Of a stretch of DNA of 32,000 bases, positions 1 through 9,237 are shown in pieces. Position numbers and translations under genes: made by a program. Within the stretch, counting starts at the first letter, position 1; every line of letters starts with the position of its first letter. The DNA lies in the NCBI RefSeq assembly GCF_900128735.1, contig NZ_LT667503.1:210001-242000 (forward strand). Direction: 5' to 3'. Below the pieces are notes generated by a model. The model saw only the letters and a program-made list of their open reading frames with translations, was not told the DNA's origin and did not search any database. The DNA comes from Candidatus Saccharimonadota bacterium (GTDB lineage: Bacteria > Pseudomonadota > Gammaproteobacteria > Enterobacterales > Enterobacteriaceae).

Positions 1-110
1 ATGAAATTTATATTACAGTCATTAATCGTATAATGGGTTTATTGTTATTAGCTCTTGCAGTAGAATGTATTTTTAACGGTATGAAATCAATTTTTTTTAG
101 TTATATTTAA
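1..110 (+). CDS. 3' end of a membrane protein gene, MarC/UPF0056-family-like (5' end lies outside the window)
   Basis: The frame ending at TAA 108-110 reads ..EIYITVINRIMGLLLLALAVECIFNGMKSIFFSYI*. The hydrophobic C-terminal helix with the R-I-M-G-L-L...A-V-x-x-I-x-x-G pattern resembles the C-termini of MarC-family (YchE/YhgN-like) proteins as I remember them. The fragment is short, so the family call is tentative. Confidence 0.45.
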   Translation, partial: EIYITVINRIMGLLLLALAVECIFNGMKSIFFSYI

Positions 111-186
111 TTTTTATACCTGACATTACTTAATTTTATTTTAAAAATTTTTATATTTAATCAATATTTATATTTAAAATTATAAT

Positions 187-828
187 ATGCATATTATTAT
201 TCGAGATCTAGGTTTGTGTAGTTGGTTAGAAGTATCAGAAAATATGAATCATTTTACAAAGCATCGTAAGGATGGGACGTTTGATGAATTATGGTTAGTT
301 GAACATTATCCTGTATACACTCATGGTTTATCAGAAAAAAAAATAAAATTGAAGTATATTCAAGAGATACCGGTTTTTTTTTCAAATCGAGGAGGAAAAA
401 TTACGTATCATGGTCCAGGGCAATTAGTAATATATATATTATTAAATCTAAAGCGTAATCATATTAAATTTAGAAATTTTATTCATATTATAGAAAAAAT
501 CATAATTCAAGTACTTCTTTTTTTTTCTATTACGGCACATATTAAAAAAGATCAACCAGGAGTATATATTAATAATCAAAAAATATGTTCTCTTGGTTTT
601 CGTATTATAAAGGGGTGTTCTTTGCATGGCGCTTCTTTAAATATTAATATGGACTTAACTCCATTTAAATATATCAATCCGTGCGGAAGAAAAGATATTA
701 TAATGACACAAGTATGTCATCATAATAAACATGTTACAATAAATATTGTAAAAGAAGTTTTAATAAAAATTTTTTGTAAAAATTTTAAAATTAAAAAATA
801 TTGTAAAAAGAAAATGGAGCATGATTAA
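187..828 (+). CDS. lipB: Octanoyltransferase (lipoyl(octanoyl) transferase) LipB
   Basis: The 213-aa ORF has the same length as E. coli LipB. Colinear matches include ELWLVEHYPVYT, RGGKITYHGPGQLVIY, QKICSLG (catalytic Lys region) and NPCG (catalytic Cys). It sits next to lipA, as in enterobacteria. Confidence 0.9.
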   Translation: MHIIIRDLGLCSWLEVSENMNHFTKHRKDGTFDELWLVEHYPVYTHGLSEKKIKLKYIQEIPVFFSNRGGKITYHGPGQLVIYILLNLKRNHIKFRNFIHIIEKIIIQVLLFFSITAHIKKDQPGVYINNQKICSLGFRIIKGCSLHGASLNINMDLTPFKYINPCGRKDIIMTQVCHHNKHVTINIVKEVLIKIFCKNFKIKKYCKKKMEHD

Positions 829-905
829 ATTATTTTTCTTTTTAATATTAATATAATATCAAAATAAAATAATATAGTTGATAAAAATATGAAAAATCAT
901 AAAAT

Positions 906-921
906 AAAAAAAAAAAAAAAA
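906..921 (+). repeat. A16 homopolymer tract inside the lipA 5' region that disrupts the frame relative to the ATG at 889
   Basis: I counted 16 consecutive A at 906-921 directly. It is the longest homopolymer I found in the window. See the lipA finding. Confidence 0.9.
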
Positions 922-983
922 TAAATATACCAGTACACGATATTACATATACTCAAAATAAAATAAAAAGAAAGATAGAGTAT

Positions 984-1832
984 TTGAAAAAACCAGACTG
1001 GTTACGAATTCGTTTACCAGTCGTTACAAAAAATGTAAAAAATATTAAATTACTACTAAGAAAATATAAATTATATTCTGTGTGTGAAGAAGCTCAATGT
1101 CCTAATTTATCTGAATGTTTTAATCGAAGTACGGCGACTTTTATGATTTTAGGATTTATTTGTACAAGAAAATGTCCATTTTGTGCTGTTATAAAAGGTC
1201 GTCCAATTATTCCTGATGATCAAGAACCTGAAAAATTATATCATGTAATTATGAAATTAAATTTAAAATATGTTGTGTTAACTTCAGTGACTCGGGATGA
1301 TTTATATGATGGAGGAGCTAAACATTTTTATAATTGTATACGTTTTATTCGTAATATAAAAAATATTAAAGTAGAAATTTTAGTTCCCGATTTTCGAAAA
1401 AATATTAAAATAGCTTTAAAAATTATTAGAAAATGTCCACCAGATGTATTTAATCACAATATTGAAAACGTTCCTCGTTTATATTCGATTATTCGTCCCG
1501 GAGCTAATTATCAACATTCATTAACATTATTACGTACATTTAAGAAATATTGCCCTGATATACCGACTAAATCTGGTTTAATGTTAGGATTAGGAGAATA
1601 TCCTGATGAAGTTTTTTCTGTTTTAAAAGATTTAAAAAAGAATGGAGTTTCTATTATTACAATAGGTCAGTATATGCAACCAAGTAAAAAACATTTACCG
1701 GTTAAAAAATACATTACCCCACAGGATTTTGATCTTTTTCAAAAATATGCAATATCTTTAGGTTTTCGTCATGTCTTTTGTGGTCCACTAGTACGTTCCT
1801 CTTATCATGCTGATCAACAAATTATGACTTAA
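984..1832 (+). CDS. lipA: Lipoyl synthase LipA (radical SAM). Coordinates run from the first in-frame start (TTG 984), but homologous coding sequence continues upstream to about 903 and probably to the ATG at 889 via the A-tract.
   Basis: [12 protein letters not shown] is the auxiliary-cluster CX4CX5C motif and CTRKCPFC is the radical-SAM CX3CX2C motif. SGLMLGLGE and RSSYHA match E. coli LipA colinearly. The 282 aa from TTG compare with about 321 aa in E. coli. Confidence 0.9.
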   Translation: MKKPDWLRIRLPVVTKNVKNIKLLLRKYKLYSVCEEAQCPNLSECFNRSTATFMILGFICTRKCPFCAVIKGRPIIPDDQEPEKLYHVIMKLNLKYVVLTSVTRDDLYDGGAKHFYNCIRFIRNIKNIKVEILVPDFRKNIKIALKIIRKCPPDVFNHNIENVPRLYSIIRPGANYQHSLTLLRTFKKYCPDIPTKSGLMLGLGEYPDEVFSVLKDLKKNGVSIITIGQYMQPSKKHLPVKKYITPQDFDLFQKYAISLGFRHVFCGPLVRSSYHADQQIMT

Positions 1833-1910
1833 TGAAAATTTAATTTTTTCATTATACTCTTGAAATTTTTTCTTGTTTTATAGATGTAAGAAATTTAAAA
1901 ACATAGAAAA

Positions 1911-1996
1911 TATTAACTTTCTTACACATAATATATAAAAACACCAATAAAGTTTCTTATTGGTGTTTTTATATATTATGTGTAAGAAAGTTAATA
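1911..1996. terminator. Perfect 40-bp inverted repeat with a 6-nt loop between convergent lipA and sppA; a candidate bidirectional terminator or cruciform
   Basis: The left arm 1911-1950 is tattaactttcttacacataatatataaaaacaccaataa. The loop is agtttc. The right arm 1957-1996 is its exact reverse complement, checked base by base. The right arm covers the sppA stop codon (1991-1993) and its last sense codon. Confidence 0.6.
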
Positions 1997-3868
1997 TTTT
2001 ATTTTATAATTTAAACAAAGAGCTGAATATTTATTATTTCCAAAATATTTTGTAATTGAATACATAATATTTAATGGAGCAAAAATTATTTTTTGAATCA
2101 TATCCGGGGAACATATTAATACAACATTCTTAAAAGATTGGTGTATGAAGAAATATAATTGATATTTTAAGTGAGTTAGAAAGTTATTAGGTGTTTTTAT
2201 CCATACTATTTCGTATTTTTTTAATTTTGCTAATTTTGCTGCTTTTATAATAGCAGAATCAAAATCACCTAATTGATCTATTAATCCTATATTTTTTGCA
2301 TTTTTTCCTAACCAAATTCTTCCTTGTGCAATTCTGTTAATTTGTTGTAAACTTCTATGACGTGAATGAGCTACTAATTTAACAAATTTTTTATAACCTT
2401 TACAAAGATTAATTTTCATTATTTTTTTGTTTTTAATGGTTAAGTTATTATATGCATAAAAATTATTTATAGGTAAGATTTCTGAACCAATATTATGAAT
2501 TCCTAATGTGGATAATGTTTTTTCAAATGTCTGTAAAACAGAAAAAATTCCTATAGAACCAGTAATGGTGATAGGATGCGCAATGATAAAACTTCCACCC
2601 ATAGCTATCCAATATCCTCCAGAAGCAGCAACATTACCCATAGAAATCACGATTGGCTTATTTATTTTGCGAACTATTGATATTTTTTTCCGTAGTAATT
2701 CAGAAATATTCGCATTTCCTCCTGGACTATTAATTCTAAGAACAATTGAACGAATATTTGAATCATTTTTTGCGTATTTCATCTGTGCTATAATAGATGA
2801 TACATTCATACCTTTAGCATTATTTAGATTATTATCGATAGTACCATTAGCTAAAATAATAGCAATTTTATTGGGCAGTTTAGTTATTTTTTTTTTTTTT
2901 AAAAAATAATTATTGATATTAATAGAATTAAATTTTTTATTGTTTTTATTTTTACCAAAGATTTTAATCAAGTATTTATTTATATTAATATAGGTGTCAA
3001 TTTTGTCAATTAAGTGATTTTTTAGTGCGATTTTTGTTATTGTATTTTTGTTTTTTTTTAATGTGTGCATAATTCTTCGAGGTTTAGGAAAAATATCTTC
3101 TTTTGTTGTTTTTCTATTTTTTGCAACCGTTTCTAAATAATTTTTCCATATTGCATTCATCCAATGAGTATTAATTTTTTTATTTAAATTAGAGGGTTGG
3201 TTGCGCAAAAAAGGTTCTACAGCGGATTTATATTTTCCAATACGAAATATGTGCAGATGTACTTTGCATGTATTTAGAAATTTTTTAAAATATAATTGTT
3301 TACTAGAAAATCCATATAATTTAATTTTTCCATGAGGTAATAAAAAAATTTTTTTAGCAAAGCTAGCTAAATAATATTGACTTTGTGTATATTGAAAACC
3401 TATAGCATAAATAGCTTTTCCAGATTTTTTAAATTCTTGTAGAGCTTTTCCAATATAAGATAAAATGACTTGATTGCTAGTAAATGTACTATGCATTTTT
3501 AATATTAAACCAGTAATTTTAGGGTCTTTTTTAGCCTGTCGAATTTTTTGAACTATTTCAAATACTGAGTTTTTTGTATTTTCATCATATAAAAAACGTA
3601 ATTTATTGTAAAGATTGTTTTTTATATATTGATTAGCTAATTCTTGTTCTTTTATTTTTTCATTTAAATTAATAATTAAAGCACTATTATAATTTGGATG
3701 ATATAATATAGCAGAATTATTTTTTTGTGAATATATCCATAATCCAATTCCCATAATAAGAAAAAGAAATAAAATATTTAATAATATTTTCCTTAATACA
3801 TTAAAGATCCAATAAAGACATTGAAATAGTTTTATCATTTTTTTCAAAAAAACTTTCATATGATTCAC
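1991..3868 (-). CDS. sppA: Signal peptide peptidase A (protease IV), two-domain 67K type
   Basis: The 625 aa compare with 618 aa in E. coli SppA. Colinear blocks are IVQKIRQAKKDPKITG, YIGKALQEFKKSGKAIYA, SQYYLASFAKKI, FRIGKYKSAVEPF (catalytic Lys region), LRINSPGG and AASGGYWIA (catalytic Ser region). Confidence 0.85.
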   Translation of the reverse strand: MNHMKVFLKKMIKLFQCLYWIFNVLRKILLNILFLFLIMGIGLWIYSQKNNSAILYHPNYNSALIINLNEKIKEQELANQYIKNNLYNKLRFLYDENTKNSVFEIVQKIRQAKKDPKITGLILKMHSTFTSNQVILSYIGKALQEFKKSGKAIYAIGFQYTQSQYYLASFAKKIFLLPHGKIKLYGFSSKQLYFKKFLNTCKVHLHIFRIGKYKSAVEPFLRNQPSNLNKKINTHWMNAIWKNYLETVAKNRKTTKEDIFPKPRRIMHTLKKNKNTITKIALKNHLIDKIDTYININKYLIKIFGKNKNNKKFNSININNYFLKKKKITKLPNKIAIILANGTIDNNLNNAKGMNVSSIIAQMKYAKNDSNIRSIVLRINSPGGNANISELLRKKISIVRKINKPIVISMGNVAASGGYWIAMGGSFIIAHPITITGSIGIFSVLQTFEKTLSTLGIHNIGSEILPINNFYAYNNLTIKNKKIMKINLCKGYKKFVKLVAHSRHRSLQQINRIAQGRIWLGKNAKNIGLIDQLGDFDSAIIKAAKLAKLKKYEIVWIKTPNNFLTHLKYQLYFFIHQSFKNVVLICSPDMIQKIIFAPLNIMYSITKYFGNNKYSALCLNYKIKY

Positions 3869-4252
3869 ATCCTAATATTTAATATATTTTATAATATATA
3901 AATATTATATTAAAATATATAACATTTATTTTGTTATATATAATTATAAAACTTTAAATAATTTTTATATTTTTTTTAAATGATTTAATAGTTTTTGTTT
4001 TTATTTTCTTTATTTTACATATTATTTTTAATAATTTTTAGAAAAAATGAAGATTGACAAATAAAGATAAAATTTTTTTATTTAATAAATTTTTCTTTTA
4101 TAAAAGAGTTTTATTATTTAATTTTTCACCATAATGGTTATATCTTTTATTATTTTTTTATATATTAATAATTAAAATTGTTTTTTTTTATTTTTAAAGA
4201 TAATGTTGTTGATAATGATGAATAATTTTTTTATATATAAAAAAGATAATTT

Positions 4253-4663
4253 TTATAAAATACTCATAGCAGGTAAAGTTTTTGGTTGACCTTTTTTATT
4301 TAAGGAGACATAAATGAATACTGCTTCCGCTACACAATAATAAGCTCCAAAACTTTCTTTAGATATTTTTTTGGTCCATATTTCAATTTTTATAGTCATA
4401 GATGTATTTCCAATACAAAGACATTTAGCATAACAGAAAACTAAATCACCTGCAAAGATAGGTTTTAAAAAATTTATATATTTTACATGTACTGTAGATA
4501 CTTTATTTCCAGAGATTTCTTTTGCTAAAATAGCTCCTCCAATATCCATTTGAGACATAATCCACCCTCCAAAGATATTTCCATTCATATTTTTTTTTGA
4601 CGGCATAACTAATGTTTTTAACATTAAATTTTTTTGAGATTGAATATTATTTTTTTTTTTCAC
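4253..4663 (-). CDS. yciA: Acyl-CoA thioesterase YciA (hotdog fold)
   Basis: LKTLVMPSKKNMNGNIFGGWIMSQMDIGGAILAKE matches E. coli YciA LRTLAMPADTNANGDIFGGWLMSQMDIGGAILAKE. The length is 136 aa. The start is GTG (cac at 4661-4663), followed directly by an 11-nt A run. Confidence 0.85.
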   Translation of the reverse strand: MKKKNNIQSQKNLMLKTLVMPSKKNMNGNIFGGWIMSQMDIGGAILAKEISGNKVSTVHVKYINFLKPIFAGDLVFCYAKCLCIGNTSMTIKIEIWTKKISKESFGAYYCVAEAVFIYVSLNKKGQPKTLPAMSIL

Positions 4664-4868
4664 ATGTAATCCACTCTTTTATTGTAGAAAATTTATTTAT
4701 TTTTTTGCAAATTTTTATTTTTTTATAAATATTTTTTCTTTTAATATTATAAAAAATGAGATAAATAGATAAATAAATGTTTACTTGTTAAATCAGCAGT
4801 CTTATTAAAAACTGCTAAATATAATCAATGTTTTAAAAACCATTGTATAGTCTTATTCTAATGTGTTT

Positions 4869-5621
4869 TTAAATCACATTTTTTACTTTTATTAATGCGT
4901 TAAAACGAAAAAGGTAAATAGCAATATATGAATATCCAAAATTTAGTAAAAAATTTATTATAAAAATATTCATATGAACAGGAAAGATATATAGTGTCAC
5001 AAAAAGAGTAATTAGAATCCATTTTAAAAAATTCCATACTAAAATTGGGAATATAATAACATATATATTCTCCCATGAAATTAATATGCTATTTTTTAAA
5101 GAAGAGAGTATATTTTGATTTTCTATTAATAGAAGAACAGGAGATAAAGGTAATAAAATGCTTAATATTATACCGGGAATTTTAAAAAAAATAAAGCCTA
5201 CTTCTGTTATAAAAAATTTTAAAAAGATTAACGGCAATACAATCGGAAGATAATGAATGGATTTTTTAATTATGTGATATAAATTTTTCTGTTTTTTAGA
5301 AATAATAGATTTTATTAAAAATATTATAGCAGTATACAAAGCAGTATGATTAATTAATAAAGATAATGTTTTTACACAAAAAATATGTAATATAATTTTT
5401 TTTTGTTCATTTGTTATTTTATGTAAAATTTGGAAAAACGTATATTTTTTTAAAAAAAATGTTTCATATAAAATAGAAATTTCATTTAGGTTCGGACCAA
5501 TCATATATTGAATAATAATAGTAAAAAAAGCACATAATGCTGACAATATAATGATATTAATAATTTGTTTTTTAAAAAACAAATAAGAATCACAACTAAT
5601 TGTGTATATCATAGAAAACAT
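4869..5621 (-). CDS. yciC: UPF0259 inner-membrane protein YciC
   Basis: The 250-aa polytopic hydrophobic protein matches E. coli YciC: ALCAFFTIII vs LLCAFITVVL, IPGIILSILLPLSPVLLL vs VPGIIMAILLALAPVMLV, and C-terminal AIYLFRFNALIK vs LIYLFRLYMLIR. It lies between trpA and yciA, as in E. coli. Confidence 0.75.
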   Translation of the reverse strand: MFSMIYTISCDSYLFFKKQIINIIILSALCAFFTIIIQYMIGPNLNEISILYETFFLKKYTFFQILHKITNEQKKIILHIFCVKTLSLLINHTALYTAIIFLIKSIISKKQKNLYHIIKKSIHYLPIVLPLIFLKFFITEVGFIFFKIPGIILSILLPLSPVLLLIENQNILSSLKNSILISWENIYVIIFPILVWNFLKWILITLFVTLYIFPVHMNIFIINFLLNFGYSYIAIYLFRFNALIKVKNVI

Positions 5622-5804
5622 AAATACTTCCTTTTTTAAAAGACTTATTGAAAAATTTTTATCAATCTCAGATACAGAAAGAAAATATTTTTTTTATTTT
5701 TGATGGATTAAGGAATCTTTGATTTAAAAAAGATTTTTCACAGTAATTTAATATTTTACAAACAAAAAATAAAGATGTAAATAGTAATAATATACATTAT
5801 TAAA

Positions 5805-6635
5805 TTACTTTAAGGTCTTAAAATATTTTTTAGTTGCGTGTTTTAATTTTATTGTTATTTTTTTTATTTTTTTTATTAATTTGATATGATTTATAAAATT
5901 TTTTTCTATAATCGTGGCAAATAAAGAGCCACAAATTATTCCTTTTACTCCATTATTTAAAGATTTTTTAATTTGATCAGATGTAAAAATTCCAAATCCT
6001 TGTATAATAGGTTGTGAATGATATTTCTTTAATTTTTTTATTGTATTTGTTAAAGAAATTTCGACCCGACTTTTTTGCAGTCCGGTAATACCTGGTCTTG
6101 ATACAAGATATACATATCCTTGACTGTATTCTGATATTTTTTTAATAACGTGATGATTAGCATCAGGAGGACAAATAAATACTTGTAAAATATTATTTTC
6201 TTGAGCTGCCTTTCGAATTTCTTGTGATTCTTCATATGGAATATCTGCTATTAAAATAGAGTTTATTTTTATAAGAGAACATAAATGATAAAATTTTGAT
6301 ATTCCATAAGAAAAAATAATATTTGCATATACTAATAATCCTATGGGTATTAGCGGGTATTTTTTTTTTATCATTTTTAACATTAAAAAACATTTTTTAA
6401 GGGTCATTTTATTCAAAAAAGCACGTGTGTGTGCTTTTTGTATAGTAATACCATCTGCAATAGGATCTGAAAAAGGAATTCCTAATTCTAAAGCATCAGC
6501 GCCGCTTTGAATCAAAGTATCAATAATTTGTAATGATATATTAAAAGATGGATCCCCTAATACGACAAATGGAATAAAACAGCCTTCTTTTTTAATTTTT
6601 AATTTTTTAAACAAAAGATTATATTGTTTTGTCAT
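5805..6635 (-). CDS. trpA: Tryptophan synthase alpha chain
   Basis: [45 protein letters not shown] and QGFGI are colinear with E. coli TrpA. I chose the ATG at 6635 ([12 protein letters not shown].., aligning with MERYESLFAQL) over the TTG at 6647 used in the ORF track. The gene overlaps the trpB 3' end by 17 nt. Confidence 0.9.
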   Translation of the reverse strand: MTKQYNLLFKKLKIKKEGCFIPFVVLGDPSFNISLQIIDTLIQSGADALELGIPFSDPIADGITIQKAHTRAFLNKMTLKKCFLMLKMIKKKYPLIPIGLLVYANIIFSYGISKFYHLCSLIKINSILIADIPYEESQEIRKAAQENNILQVFICPPDANHHVIKKISEYSQGYVYLVSRPGITGLQKSRVEISLTNTIKKLKKYHSQPIIQGFGIFTSDQIKKSLNNGVKGIICGSLFATIIEKNFINHIKLIKKIKKITIKLKHATKKYFKTLK

Positions 6636-7821
6636 TGTTCTTCTCAATATTTATATTTTTTTTAATTGTAGACATATCTTTATCGCCTCGACCAGATAAA
6701 TTTACTATGATTGTTTGACTTTTTTTGGGATCTTTTTTCATTATATTCAGGGCATAAGCTAATGCATGAGAAGATTCAAGAGCAGGAATAATACCTTCTT
6801 TTTTGGATAGTAATAAAAAAGCATTAACAGCTTCTTTATCTGTAATGGATACATATTTTACTCTTTTAATATGATGCAACCAGGCATGTTCCGGACCTAC
6901 AGAAGGAAAATCTAATCCAGCAGAAATAGACCAAGAGTTTTTTATTTGTCCTTCATTATTTTGCATTAAATATGATTTCATTCCAAAGTAGATGCCTATT
7001 TTTCCTTTATTGATAGGTGCTCCATGTTTGTTAGTATGTAAACCTAAACCAGCAGGTTCTACTCCAATTAACTCGATTCTTTTATCTTCTATAAAGCTTG
7101 TAAATATTCCGATAGCATTTGATCCGCCTCCAACACAAGCAATAATTTTATCTGGAACTTGTTTATTTTCAAAAAAAATTTGTTTTTTTGTTTCTTTTCC
7201 AATTATTTTTTGATATTCACGTACAATAGTAGGGTATGGATGGGGTCCAGCTGCTGTTCCTAACATATAATGTGCTGTAGAATAATTTTCCGTCCAATCT
7301 CGTAAAGCGGCATTACAAGCTTCTTTTAATGTTTTAGTGCCAGTTGATACAGGAATAACTTTTGCGCCCATAATTTTCATTTTTAGGACATTTGATGCTT
7401 GTCTTTCGATATCTTTTTCACCCATATAAATTCGACAATTTAAATTAAATAATGCGGATGCAGATGCTGATGCTATACCATGTTGACCGGCTCCGGTTTC
7501 AACTATAATGTCTTTTTTTTTCATATATTTTGCTAATAATATCTGTCCTAACACTTGATTAGTTTTGTGAGCTCCGCCATGAAGTAGATCTTCTCTTTTT
7601 AAGAAAATCTTTGTGTTAGTACCTCGGGTTAAATTCTTACATAAAGTTAATGGTGTAGGTCGTCCAGCATAATTTTTTAATAAATTAGACAATCTTTTTT
7701 GAAATTTAGTATCATGTATAGTATTAATAAATGCTTTTTCTAATTGGTATAATGCCGGCATTAATATTTGTGGAACATACATTCCGCCAAATTTTCCAAA
7801 GTAAGGGTTGAGTAATGTCAT
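6619..7821 (-). CDS. trpB: Tryptophan synthase beta chain (PLP-dependent)
   Basis: [24 protein letters not shown] is nearly identical to the E. coli TrpB N-terminus. HGGAHKTNQ contains the PLP lysine and GGGSNAIG is present. The length is 400 aa. Confidence 0.95.
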   Translation of the reverse strand: MTLLNPYFGKFGGMYVPQILMPALYQLEKAFINTIHDTKFQKRLSNLLKNYAGRPTPLTLCKNLTRGTNTKIFLKREDLLHGGAHKTNQVLGQILLAKYMKKKDIIVETGAGQHGIASASASALFNLNCRIYMGEKDIERQASNVLKMKIMGAKVIPVSTGTKTLKEACNAALRDWTENYSTAHYMLGTAAGPHPYPTIVREYQKIIGKETKKQIFFENKQVPDKIIACVGGGSNAIGIFTSFIEDKRIELIGVEPAGLGLHTNKHGAPINKGKIGIYFGMKSYLMQNNEGQIKNSWSISAGLDFPSVGPEHAWLHHIKRVKYVSITDKEAVNAFLLLSKKEGIIPALESSHALAYALNIMKKDPKKSQTIIVNLSGRGDKDMSTIKKNINIEKNNDKTI

Positions 7822-7851
7822 GTTTTTTTGATCTTTATTTTGAAAAAAATT

Positions 7852-9237
7852 TTAGTTAGTTAAAAGAGATCGTAATGGAAAATTTTTTAATAAATTAAAA
7901 GTTTGAATAATTTTTTTAGAATCTTTAATGCCAGGCATTTTTTCTATTCCTGAATTAAAATCCAAACCATAAAAACCTAAAGTAGATGCTTTAAAGATAT
8001 TTTGTAATGTTAAGCCACCTGCTAAAATTATTTTTGAAACATCATGTTTTTTAATTAAATTCCAATTAAATGTTGATCCGGTACCTCCATTTTTATTATC
8101 TATTAAATAACGATCAACATAACAATATCTTTGAGTAGGAAAAGAATCTTGAACGGATAATGCCTTCCAGATTTTTACGTTATGAGGTAATACATCTCGT
8201 AATTTTTGAATATATTCTTGATTTTCGTGTCCATGTAACTGTACAACTGATAATGATAGCTGTATTACTCTTAATAATATATCATCTATTCGAGCGTTAA
8301 CAAAAACTCCAACATATTTTAGTTTTACTTGATTTATGATTTTTTTACAAAAATGCCTTTTGATATATCGGGGAGAATTATTATAAAAAATAAATCCTCC
8401 ATAAATACAACCGCTTTTTTCAGCAATAAAAGCGTCTTTCATTCTCGTTAATCCGCATACTTTATTGTAACCATATACTATGCTACGTACCGAGGTATCA
8501 AGATTACTTGATTTCATTAAATGAGTCCCTATCAAAAACCCATTAACATAACTACTTAACATACGAATTTTTTTATAATTATTAATTCCAGATTCAGAAA
8601 TAATAATACGATCTAACGGAATTAATGGCGCAATTTGAATTGTGGTTTTTAAATTGATAGATAGATCTTTTAAATTTCTATTATTAATACCAATAATTTC
8701 TGCATTTAATAATAAAGCACGATTTAATTCAACATGATTATGTACCTCTGTAAGAATATGCATATTCATTTTTTTTGCTAAATCAGTCATCATAACATAT
8801 TGTGAATCGCTTAAAATAGACATCATTAATAAAATAGCATCTGCTTGATGATATCTAGCATAATAAATTTGATAAGGATCTATGAAAAAATCTTTACATA
8901 AAATTGGTTTATTTGTATATTGAGCTGCGTTTTTCAGATCTTCAAAACTACCTTTAAAAAATTTATTTTCTGTAATAACTGATATTGCATTAGCATATTT
9001 ATTATAAATATTTATTATTTTAGGAATGCTAAATTTAGATCTTAATAATCCTTGCGAAGGAGAGGCTTTTTTACATTCAAAAATGAATGCTGGATTATTT
9101 TTTATAATTGATTTTTTAAAATTTTTTTTGGATTTTTTTAAATCATGATAAAAAGATAATAATGGTTTTTGTATTTTGTGTTGCTGAATCCATATTTTTT
9201 TATATTGTAAAATTTTTAATAATGTATTACTTTTCAT
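7852..9237 (-). CDS. trpC: Bifunctional indole-3-glycerol-phosphate synthase / phosphoribosylanthranilate isomerase TrpC(F)
   Basis: The 461 aa compare with about 453 aa in E. coli. FIFECKKASPSQG, ILCKDFFIDPYQIY, GINNRNLKDLS, KVCGLTR, VQLHGHE and LAGGL are colinear with E. coli TrpC. Confidence 0.9.
   Translation of the reverse strand: MKSNTLLKILQYKKIWIQQHKIQKPLLSFYHDLKKSKKNFKKSIIKNNPAFIFECKKASPSQGLLRSKFSIPKIINIYNKYANAISVITENKFFKGSFEDLKNAAQYTNKPILCKDFFIDPYQIYYARYHQADAILLMMSILSDSQYVMMTDLAKKMNMHILTEVHNHVELNRALLLNAEIIGINNRNLKDLSINLKTTIQIAPLIPLDRIIISESGINNYKKIRMLSSYVNGFLIGTHLMKSSNLDTSVRSIVYGYNKVCGLTRMKDAFIAEKSGCIYGGFIFYNNSPRYIKRHFCKKIINQVKLKYVGVFVNARIDDILLRVIQLSLSVVQLHGHENQEYIQKLRDVLPHNVKIWKALSVQDSFPTQRYCYVDRYLIDNKNGGTGSTFNWNLIKKHDVSKIILAGGLTLQNIFKASTLGFYGLDFNSGIEKMPGIKDSKKIIQTFNLLKNFPLRSLLTN

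Noticed and set aside
1911-1996. Possible dif/XerCD recombination site within the 40-bp palindrome (ACATAATATA / TATATTATGT resembles the central part of the E. coli dif site)
   Set aside because: Only about 10 nt match. The flanking XerC and XerD arms (GGTGCGCATAA / TTATGTTAAAT) are not reproduced. A perfect palindrome is unlike the asymmetric dif site. Such A/T strings occur by chance in this composition.
2508-2909. A 133-aa plus-strand ORF
   Set aside because: It lies entirely antisense within the well-supported sppA gene. Its sequence is low-complexity and hydrophobic, as expected from the reverse complement of AT-rich coding DNA, and has no recognisable motifs.
6050-6235. A 61-aa minus-strand ORF inside trpA
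   Set aside because: It is an alternative frame of the trpA coding region. The trpA frame has strong homology and this frame has none.
6636-6647. N-terminal extensions suggested by the ORF track: trpA TTG 6647, rluB TTG 11415, hisS GTG 14735, ybgI TTG 22837, tpiA GTG 30886
   Set aside because: In each case an ATG a few codons downstream aligns with the N-terminus of the E. coli homologue, and for rluB and ybgI it has a better-placed SD. The extra residues have no counterpart.
6992-7213. A 73-aa plus-strand ORF
   Set aside because: It is antisense to the highly conserved trpB gene and has no motifs.
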